NCBI GenBank assembly: GCA_030704615.1
Contig: CM060731.1
Coordinates: 3,038,001-3,102,000, forward strand
Origin: Takakia lepidozioides
Taxonomy: Eukaryota; Plantae; Bryophyta
Length of the DNA stretch: 64,000 nucleotides
Reading direction: 5' to 3'
In this document: positions 39,301 through 49,690 of the stretch, piece after piece
Position numbering within the stretch: the first letter of the stretch is position 1
Layout: every line of letters starts with the position of its first letter
Notes under the pieces: generated by a model
What the model saw: only the letters and a program-made list of their open reading frames with translations
What the model was told of the DNA's origin: nothing
Database searches by the model: none
Translations under genes and position numbers: made by a program

Positions 39301-42300
39301 ACTATGACTTACCGTGATTTATCATGATCTACCATGTTACCGGGAGTTTACCAACTTACCAAAAGTAACTTGAAAACTGCTCAGGAAGCTTCATTTGGAA
39401 GAAACTTCTCCATCAAGATACCTCATTTGTTTAATGAAGCTTCTCTATCAAGAAACATTTGTTTAATCTTGGAAACTTCTCCAACAAACAACCTCTATAG
39501 GGGAAGCTTCTTAGTTAAGCTTCTTAGTAGTCAGTATATATAGGAGGCGAGACTGGACACTCTTCAGTCTCGCCAACACCAGTTCAAGCTACTCTTGTTT
39601 CCAGTATCTGCGCCTTTGTTAAGAACCTCTTGAGCTGTCTAGGATATGCGATGTTGAGTTGAAAGGAACTCCGACTCGCAACATCCTCTGGACATATTCC
39701 ACCATATCAGCTATAGGCAAAACATTAGGCTCATCCATACCTTCTTGGTGGAACCTGCAGCTCCTATAGTCTACAAAACGGCGACACAACAGACCACATT
39801 CAGACTTCATCACCCTTGAACGTGATGCAACTAGACCAATAGATTGCTCAACAGTGCATTAGGGGATTGTATCTTTCAGATCAGACATTTTGGAAGAGGA
39901 AACATCTGAAGTAGATGGTGTTTGAGACAAAGGAATGTAAGGATTTAGAGCTTCATCACAGTTATTCAGTATAACAATTATTGAAAGTGAGACATTGATG
40001 TATGAACGCAATGTATGTGCAAAGGAAGAGAAATCAAAGTGCAATGTTAAAGTTAACATATCACCGTGACCCCCTCTCTTCTCCATGCAACCTTATGGCC
40101 CCAACAAAAGGGTACTTCAGTCTAGTTTCCAGCATTCTAGTATTCAAGTCATGTTCCAATATCTTGTACTCTTGTTCATTGTTATAAAGATCGTCTTGAT
40201 TCTTATTTACTCATCGTGCATTCGGCCACGCCGACCTTGACTTCTTGTCTAGCCTTGTACCTCTAGTCTTATCTCTTGTTTGTGTTCAGTCATGTTCTCG
40301 TCCTTGACAGTTTGGCGTGCTGACCTTTGGTTCCGCACGCATGCCCAAGAAATTTGATGGAACGAGATCAAGATTTCGCGGTTTTGTTCAACAAGTACGA
40401 TTATTCATACGACTACATCCACAACGCTACTCTGATGAAGGTATTCAAGTGGGATTCGTGGTCACTTTTCTATCAGGCACTGCCCTATCTTGGTTTGCAC
40501 TGCTATTAGAGAAAATTCGCATTTACTATACAATTTTGAAGCGTTCATGTCCGAGTTCACTGCAACGTTTGGAGAGAATGATAGAGAGAGAGTTGCAGAG
40601 ACAAAGATGCGAAATCTTCGACAAGGAGCACGTCCAGCTTCCGTTTATACTGCCGAATTTCGACAACTTGCGTGCAACCTTGACTGGAATGAGAAGAGCA
40701 TCATTAGTCAGTTTCGATGTGGCTTAAAAGATGATGTTAAAAATTTGTTGCTGACAATGCCAAACGTGAGTGCATTGAACGAATTCATCACCCAAGTCAT
40801 TGCATGCGATAATCGTTTGTTCGAAAGACGTCAAGAGAAGCGATCTGGATGGTCGACGATGCACCATGCCGCTGCTACTACGGCACCAAATACAACGATC
40901 CATCAGACATCCGGTAATGATCATATGCAGATTAATGCTGTCCGATTCAAGCCATTGATGCCACAAGAAAAACAAAGACGGCGCTCAAATGAATTATGTC
41001 TTTATTGTAAAGAAGAGGATCACATGACATTAAACTGCCCCAACAAGAGAAGATTCAACACTCGGGGCATCACTCAAGTGTTCGGTACGAGGAGGTCGGA
41101 AAACGAAGATGTACAGTCACAGTAGGGACCATGCGGCTGGACATCCCAAGTCTCTTTCTACCTCCAGACCCTGTACCTTGTTTTACAGTTCTAGTAAAGA
41201 TCAGGATGCAAAATTGAGATATCTCCGTAGAAACACTTTTGGACTCGGGCGCTTCAGCGTATTTTATTGACAAAGACTTTGCGAAGCAACACAATTTAAC
41301 GCTCGTAAGAAAGAAATTCTCGGCCCCTGTTGAAGTCATCAATAGACGACCGTTAGCATCAGAAAATGTTGACCATGAAACTCGACCCCTTGAAGTGAAG
41401 CTTAAAAATCAAACATCATAGATTGTTTTCAATATCATCCAGTCTCCAACAAATCTTGTGATCATTGGACTTCCCTGGTTTATACTTCATAATCCTGACA
41501 TCGACTGGCGATCACAAAAAATTTCGGCAAGACAAAAATGCAAAAGTACCAAAGGTATTCAACCCCTGTTTATTGGAGCTAGAGCCTTCATGAGAGCTAC
41601 GAAAAAAGACGCGACATTTGTACTTTATGCGACTCTGATCAAAACCACAACAGACCATGGAGCTCAACCACCATTCGGCCCGATCTACAATTTATCTCAG
41701 ACGGAACTGGCTCTTTACGCAAATACATTGATGAAAATTTGTCAAAGAATTTCATTCAACATTCGAAATCACCCGCGGGAGCACCTATCTTATTTGTGAA
41801 GAAGAATGACGGATCGTTACGCATGTGTGTGGACTATCGTGGGCTCAACAAAGTCACTATAAAAAATCGTTACCCACTACCGCTGATTTTCAGACGCCTC
41901 GAACAACTTGGACGAGCAAATTTTTTCACAAAGATCGACTTGAGATGAGCTTACAACCTTGTACGAATAAAAGAAGGAGACGAATGGAAGACTGCTTTTC
42001 GCACAAGGTATGGACACTTCGAATACAGTGTTATGTCTTTCGGTCTTACAAATGCTCCAGCAATTTTTCAACACATGATGAATGACATCTTTCAAGAATT
42101 TTTAGATGACTTTGTAGTCATCTATTTGGACGACATTTTGATATTTTAACAGAATGAAGAAGAACATGGTCGTCATGTACGCCTTGTCCTTGATAAATTG
42201 AGGGAAAAAAGACTATATGCCAATTTGGAAAAATGTCTTTTCCACCAATCTGAAGTCGAAATTTTGGGCTACATTATTTCCGACAAAGGAGTCTTTATGG

Positions 42301-45300
42301 ATCAGAAGAAAATATAAACCATCATCAAGTGGGTTAAACCAACTTCGGTCCGAGATGTACAATGTTTTCTAGGATTTGCAAATTTCTATAGAATCTTCAT
42401 TCAGGACTACTCCAAAATTGCTGCACCAATGACACGACTCACAGGGAAGGACAAATTTGTATGGGACGAGAAGGCTCCAAGCATTTCAAAGGCTGAAGCA
42501 GGCATTTACAACGGCTCCAATACTGGTACATGCAGACCCATCTAAACCATTCTTTTTGGAAGCAGATGCATCGGACTTTACACTTGGCGCGATACTCTCT
42601 CAATACGGTACAGATGGCCGACTTCACCCTGGTGGTTTTCGTTCTCGCAAATTTTCCGCTGCGGAGATCAATTATGAAATCCATGACAAAGAACTTCTAG
42701 CGATTATCGATGCTTTTGAGGAGTGGCATCATCTATTGGAGGGAGCTCAACATCAGGTCACTGTCTATACCGATCACAAAAATTTCGAGTATTTTATGAG
42801 TGTTCGTGTTTCGAATCGACGTCAAGTAAGATGGAGTATGTCACTAGCAAGGTTTGATTTTGTTATTACCTACCGTCCCGAACATCTTCAAGGAAAACTA
42901 GCTGCTCTTTCTCGACGATCATATCTTGCGCCAAAGGAAGGGGATGCAACTTTTGACCAACAGAAATCCATCATCTTGAAACCAGCAAATCTCCAATTGA
43001 ATATGCTATCCATGTCCACCTAAGACAATGCAGAGATCATCAAGGAGATTCGGGAAGCACTGAAGAGCACCAATTTGCTACGACACTACGAAGTCAACTA
43101 AATCGACCTCGAGACAACCCACATGTTACAAACGACTTCGAGTTCAAAGATGACTTACTTTATTTCAAGGGACTTCTCTATGTACCTCCAGGACCTACAC
43201 GACTTCGAATTCTTCAAACATGTCATGATCTTCCGGCTGCAGGACATTTCGGTTTCAACAAAACAATGGAATTGATATGCAGGGACTATTGGTGGCCGCA
43301 GATGTGGAAACTCGTGAAAGAATTTATAAAATCTTGCGACACGTGTGCTAGAGCGAAGGGACCACGACATCGACCTTACGGCCTTCTTCAACCATTACCC
43401 ATTCCCAAGGGTCCATGGTCGTCCGTGTCTATGGACTTTATTACGGACCTTCCAATCTCCAAGACCACCGATTCAATCCTTGTTATTGTAGATCGTTTTA
43501 CGAAGATGACACATTTCATTCCATGTAATAAGACGGTTACCGGCAAGGAAACTGCAAGACTCTTCCTCAATAATATCTACTGCATTCATGGACTCCCGAA
43601 GGACATCGTATCTGATCAAAGACCACAATTCATATCAAATTTCTGGAGGGGATTATTTCATATATTGGATACTAAGATCAACCTTTCTACAGCTAATCAT
43701 CCATAGACTGATGGTCAAACCGAACGTGTAAATCAGATTTTGGAGCAGTATCTTCGCTGTACGATAAATTATCATCAAGATAATTGGACGGACCTTTTGT
43801 CATTGGCTGAGTTTGCCTACAACAACACTATACATTCTTCAACCCAACAAACTCCATTTTTCTCCAATTATGGTCATCATCCTCGAGCAAACCTTTTCCA
43901 CATGAAGACTGTTGGAAGCCCTACTACAGAAAACCTTGCTACTCATCTTGCTACGATTCACAAAAAGCTTACATTCCACCTCGCAGAAGCTCAAAAACAA
44001 TACAAGGAGTATGCAGATCAACGTCGTCAACTCCAACCCCAGTTCAAGGTCGGAGATCGTGTATGGCTTCTTCGACAAGACATACAAACCTCGCGACCAT
44101 CAAGGAAGTTGGATTATCAACGCCTGGGCCCATTCAAAATTATTCGACAAATAAATCCGGTCAGTTTTCGGCTTGAACTCCTACGAAGTATGCGCATCCA
44201 TCCAGTCTTTCATGTTTTATTATTGGAGTTATATCATCCATCGAATATTCCAGGAAGAGTCTCCGTACCACCTTCACCAATCGAAGTCAATCAGGAAATT
44301 AAGTATGAAGTCGACGAAGTCCTAGATTCTCGCATCAAGTATAAACGTCTTGAGTATTTCGTACATTGGAAAGGCTACGACATCAGCGAATGAACGTGGG
44401 AACCTTCATCCAACCTCGCCAATGCATCTGACAAAGTCCAAGAGTTTCATCAACGATATCCAGCTAACCCCCGAGCTACACGTCAATAAGACGTCACAAC
44501 GATGATGTCAGCCAAGTTAGCTTCAAGGTGAAGACTCCACATTCAATGTACCTGATCCACGCTAAGGAGGGAGGAGCACCACACATCAGTATATATAGCT
44601 ACACTTCCAGCACTCTTGCATCTTGTATTGGCAGTATGGAGTCACATGAACCAGATGCATTGGAGTTGTCGCTTACCCAGCTACCAGATCAGCCGTTCCG
44701 ACTCTCACGACCTTCAACATCACGCCGACGCTCTCGAGACAATGGGCCACGAATGCGACACGTACTTCCTCATCTGAACCCCGTACGACGGCAAGTGGAG
44801 CCTACTCGAAGTCTGATAATTCTGTTGGAGGTTGAGGCTTCGGACCCAGAGGACAACGAAATCATGTTTGAAGGCAGCTTCGAAAATCAGAATGCTCAAA
44901 TCACTGCGTGGTCCCAAATTCGTTGGACACTATCGATGGTTGCAGGGACCTATAAATCATTTGAGTCAAGAACGAAGAGCCGAATACTTGGCATGTACCA
45001 TTCGCCGGATTTTGGATTTTCTTCAACTCTAAGCAAGTCCAAGATTTTACCGCTCCTCGATGAACTCGGCGCTAGAGGAGGGGGTGATGTCACGGACATA
45101 GTCCAGAAGAACTTACCAGGAGTAAATACCAGAAGTTATCAAGTTATCATGTTACCGGAAGTTACCATGACTTACCGTAATTTACCATGATCTACCATGA
45201 TTTACCATTACTTACCAAGTTTCCGAGAGTTTACCAAATTACCAAAAGTAACTTGGGAAACTGCTCAGGAAGCTTCATTTGGAGGAAACTTCTCCATCAA

Positions 45301-46582
45301 GATACCTCATTTGTTTAAGGAAGCTTCTCCATCAAGAAACCTTTGTTTAATCTTAGAAACTTCTCCAACAAGCAACCTCCATAGGGGAAGCTTCTTAGTT
45401 AAGCTTCTTAGTAGTCAGTATATATAGGAGGCGAGACTGGACACTCTTCAGTCTCGCCAACACCAGTTCAAGCTACTCTTGTTTCCAATATCTGGTACTC
45501 CAGTCCAGTTTCCAGCATTCCAGTATTCAAGTCGTGTTCCAATATCTTGTACTCTTGTTTATTGTCATAAAGATCGTCTTGATTTATATTTACTCATCGT
45601 GCATTTGGCCACGCCGACCTTGACTTCTTGTCTAGCCTTGTACCTCTAGTCTTATCTCTTGTTTGTGTTCAGTCATGTTCTCGTCCTTGACACCTACTGC
45701 ATGTCACCATACAACCAACTTGACAAGGGACCTCTCCATGAGGGTACAATACAACCTTCTAGTTACAAATTGGTATATGCATTACCTTAATAATCTCTGC
45801 AATCGTGACAGTCTTGTTAATAGCACGGCCCATGGCCTTGAGAACAATCTCAGATGTTCTTTTATCCTGCATGTCCAGAAGAAACTAAAAAATAACATAA
45901 GAAAGAATGATACAGTATAAGCTACCACTCCTATCAGCATTGACCAATTTTAATTGCAATAACAAGCCATAAAACAACTTATTGGATTACGTTAGGGCCG
46001 TTTCTAGTAACATGGTTTGTTCATTGCAGTGATAAAAAAAGGTTCAATGCTTTCAAGAAACGCGGAAGACCCTGAAATGTACAATACTATTATAACAACA
46101 AAGGACATGTTGACACCCGACAATCAAAGAAAGAGACAAGTCAGACAAAAGAAAGGGCATTGAAGTGATATAAGACAACCTGAAATTATGAGAAGAATCT
46201 ACAGAACACCGCACAAACTTTATAACCACCTATACAAAACCTAGTAGTGGAACTAAACGTGGTAGTGTTACTCTGATGCAAAGCTAAAAGGATGAACAGG
46301 TCTTGCACCAGAAGATGAGACTGGAAAGTTTTCTGGAAAGCCAGCATATAACTGAACTTTAAATGGAAGCAGATAATTATGAGGGAACAAAAACCGCTAG
46401 GATAGATTCAAGAGGAGCTATCTTCAACATCAAATAACACAAACAACAATTATAGTAACCTGTAGAAGCGTTGTGGCGTAGGTGATGTAGTTACGCATCT
46501 TCCTTTGCGTGGTGATACGGATCTTATTTTCGTCGATTTGCGTTTCGGGCCGTGGCTTCTCCATCCTTTGGTACCGATCCAT
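36361..46582 (-). CDS. Alba/RPP25-like paralog 2, TE-expanded intron 2, possibly pseudogenising
   Basis: Same exon series as paralog 1: [15 protein letters not shown] at 46582; exon 2 ~45868-45785; [10 protein letters not shown] ~38228; LETTRHVSM; YQPPL; RG exons; [17 protein letters not shown]-stop at 36361. The end of exon 3 is altered. Confidence 0.8.
38244..39095. mobile_element. AT-rich intronic insertion absent from Alba paralog 1; probable non-autonomous DNA element
   Basis: Sharp AT-rich block with a long poly-T. TGGACGTCA is repeated at 38259 and 38951. TAGGG...CCCTA are possible termini. No convincing TSD. Confidence 0.35.
39225..40309 (+). repeat. 5' LTR (begins TT instead of TG; contains a ~500-bp insertion)
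   Basis: Aligns with 45088-45692 except for ~39611-40111. Ends ...CCTTGACA. TATATATA at ~39535. Confidence 0.9.
45088..45692 (+). repeat. 3' LTR (TG...CA, ~605 bp)
   Basis: TGTCACGG...CCTTGACA, preceded by the PPT and followed by TSD CCTAC. Confidence 0.93.
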
Positions 46583-47689
46583 GCTCGATCCACAGGCTTC
46601 TCTCAGGTCTTTCAGATTTCTTACGCTCAAGAGAGTACCAAGTGCCGGACAAAGACGCTCCAGGTACTAATTTCAATGACACAAGATGCACTCTCTACCG
46701 AGTTTCTCATATAGACAAGTATATGAAACGAATGAGAAAAAATATCTAAAATGTTTCTTATTGAAACTACTCACAAAAGATAATGGTCAACCAAGAACCA
46801 AGATAGTCTTGTTAAAATGAGCAGTTTAAGTTGAATGCTTCAGAAGTTCAATGGCACAATGCTTGCAACTTGTCGAACACATGAATAGCCACCAACACAC
46901 AGGGGCAAATGTACACTCGGACAATCCACACAGACCAAATGCTAGAAAAACGTTGTCTAAAAAATATAACTCGATCAGAAAAAGGCACCAGAAGGATAAG
47001 GCGTGGAAGAACGGGTTCAAAGCAAGGGTACGGGAGAGCTGTAAAGCAAAAATCCCGATCACGAGAAACGTTACAAAATCTGATAAAAACCAAAGCCACC
47101 AACAAGAAGACAGATGTTGCACAATCTCACGTGCTCGGAAAAATTGGAGGGGAATTATCAACTGACAACAAAGAGACTCGCTGTGGAACTTGCAAAAAGA
47201 TTGGAGTAGCGCAAAACTAGAACCTGAAGATTTGGAGAAAGAGATAGAGAGCAAGAAAATGGTAACGGCAACAAAACAGATTGCAAGCGTGAATTGGTGA
47301 ATAAAATGTTAGTTGTTGCACGCTCGCTCTCCCAAGCTCTGCCCCGCCTGCCTTTGTCACAGGAAAGGAACATCACGCTCGCACTCCCGCACCCGCAGCC
47401 CTAGGCAACCACCTGCATGCATCCCCTCCCATCCCATCCCATACATGCACCCATCTTCTCGTACCATCCACTTATTCGTACCCGTTTTGGATGGATTATG
47501 CTTTATCCATCATTTTTTATGAGCGGGACTATCGGACAAGCAGACAAACACATTTGGAACACTTGGAAACAAGCTTCCCATGTCTAAAACACATCTTTGC
47601 ACTGTCATGGTTTTAGTCATGGTTAACTAGAATTACCTACTTCTAGTTAACTAGGACATTTTGGATATTTATATTTGTATTTTGTGTGT

Positions 47690-49396
47690 TGGGACTTCAT
47701 TTGGTCTCACATGCCAAGTGAGGTATCAAACCTCACTTGGGACATGGGGATGGGTTTTCCCCTTGTGAGTGTTGAGGAGGGCCAATCTTCTTGTAGTTGA
47801 GCCTCCATGAGCCTCTCCCACCTCCATAGCTCTAGGTATTGAGAAGGAGTGTGGTGAGGGCTTTGTAGGGTGGATTCCTTTAGCAAAGGTGCCCTTGGCT
47901 TGACTTAGTTTATGTGATTGAGTGGATTCATGAGTGGAGTGTTTCCATTGTGTGTTCACTTCCATTATCACTACAAGAAGATCACCTTATGCTTGTGAGT
48001 GCGGAGTGTAAGGATTAGTTTTAGCACTTGTGTTGGTGTACACCAAGGAGTGAGAGAGCTAGGAAAGCTCAAGTATCTCACAAGGCTTGCAAGATGTTGC
48101 ACAGAGGAGTGTTTTTGCATTGCATCAAAGAGGTGGAGAGCTCAAGGAGAGAGCTCTTGAGTTACAAGACTTTGCAGAGGTGGAGAGCTTAATGAGAGAG
48201 CTCTTGTATCACAAAGCTTGCATGGTTTTGCAAGGTAAGTGCTTGTTTGTGCACTAAGGGTTTGAGAGCTTGGAAAAGAGCTCTTGCATCACAAGAGAAG
48301 CGTCTTGTGTGTGGAGAAGATAAACACTAGGGTTTCAAGAGCAAGCTCTAGTACTTATTCATGGTGTGAAAGAGAAGCCAAAGAGCGGCACATGCTTGGG
48401 TTGGAAACACCATAGAAGGAGTACAACAAGGGTAGCTTGAGGAGCATTGAGTAGCTCAAGAGAAGCTAAGAAGTGGTTGTTCTATCCATGGTGAAATGAA
48501 GCCAAGTGGGGTTTCATTTGGTTGACAAACAAGCAAGCGAAGGCGGCGCTAGAAGGGAGTGCTTTTTGCTAGTTCTATGAGTTCTTTGATTGCTCTCGGT
48601 GAAGCAAGTGATTGACCAAGCAAGTGGCGCATGTGTGGAGCATGCTTTCCAAGTGTGGCTTCCAATTCAAGCTTGAGGAGAGCTAGAAGGTGAAGTGAGC
48701 AAGTTCATTCCTTGTGTATGAGGTGGTGTATGTTGTGGAAGAAAAACCAAGGAGCTACATAGGCTAGGGCTTGAAGACAACAAAAGCAACCACTTGTAGA
48801 GCATCAAGAAGCTCAAGATGACTCCAAAGGGAAGCATGTGGGTGAGAATTCTGTCCATGATGATGTGAAACCAAGCCTAGAGTATTGAAGAGCTTGGAGC
48901 ACATGTGGGAGATCATTGGAGGTGGTCTTCATGAAGAAAGAAGATTGTGGCTCACGGCATGCATAGCAACTTCAACCATACATTAGCATGTGACAAGACA
49001 AGGAAGAGGAAGGTCAAGCTCATGTATTCATTCCCTTTTTGCTTAAGTTTTGTGGTGGATGGTTGATCAAGCAAGTGATGCTTATGTGAAACATGCTCTT
49101 TAGGGCTTGTGACTTCAAGTTTGAGAAGATGAGCTCTTGAATAGAGGTGTGGATACACATTATGACGAATGAAGACAACACCTAGGTCAAGAGGTGGAAG
49201 TGTGTGTGACTAGCCCATGCAAGGGAAAGCACATGGAAGATGGCATACAAAAATTCAAATTCAAACAAGGCTTGGCGCTTGTCATTGGGCACATTAGCGT
49301 GCTATAAGTTCCAAGGAGATCAAGATGAACTTGTCAATTTGGGATGAATGCATTGCAAAGTAAGATAATGCAATCTTGCATGCATGTTAGGGGGGA
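47690..49396 (+). mobile_element. Strongly degenerate retroelement-like segment ending in a PPT-like run
   Basis: Purine-rich, CpG-poor, with GAGAGCTC repeats. TTAGGGGGGA at ~49387-49396. No recognisable protein domain. Confidence 0.3.
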
Positions 49397-49454
49397 AGAT
49401 ACCATGAAGAAGGTGTTTCTTACTATACTCTACAAACCCTAGTCTCCATACTCT

Positions 49455-49690
49455 TCAAGAAACTGAGTATGGGCTCCCTCTGCCCATCATACACTTTTAA
49501 GAACAGTGTATGGAACCCTCTGCCCAACATACACTTTTGTGAACAGTGTATGGGCCCCCTCTGCCCAACATACGTTTGTCTGAACAGTGTATGGGCTCCC
49601 TCTGCCCCACCATACTCTTTTGTGAACAGTGTATGGATACAAGTGGAGAGACTTTGCCTACCATACGTTTTCATTAAAAGAGTATGACAT
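49455..49690. repeat. ~41-bp tandem repeat (5-6 units), followed by TTTGGAGGAC(T) repeats to ~49940
   Basis: Units of the type GAACAGTGTATGGGCCCCCTCTGCCCAACATACACTTTTGT. Confidence 0.85.

Larger units (their letters stand above)
39225..45692 (+). mobile_element. Full-length decayed Ty3/gypsy chromovirus (Tcn1-like): gag-PR-RT-RH-IN-chromodomain
   Basis: TSD CCTAC (39220-39224 and 45693-45697); paired LTRs; PPT GAGGAGGGGG before 45088. Gag [20 protein letters not shown] with [18 protein letters not shown]; PR LDSGAS; RT YLDD; [19 protein letters not shown]; IN ..[10 protein letters not shown]; chromodomain [22 protein letters not shown]. Multiple stops and frameshifts, and a deletion before RT (~41650). 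Confidence 0.95.

Noticed and set aside
41123-41130. MLV-like UAG read-through at the gag stop (TAG GGA)
   Set aside because: The protease is in the -1 frame rather than in frame with gag, so frameshifting fits better.
47969-47979. Second CACTACAAGAA motif
   Set aside because: No subterminal repeats or partner TIR nearby; may be chance.
49455-49690. CRISPR-like array
   Set aside because: Units are contiguous with no unique spacers, the context is eukaryotic, and no cas genes are present.
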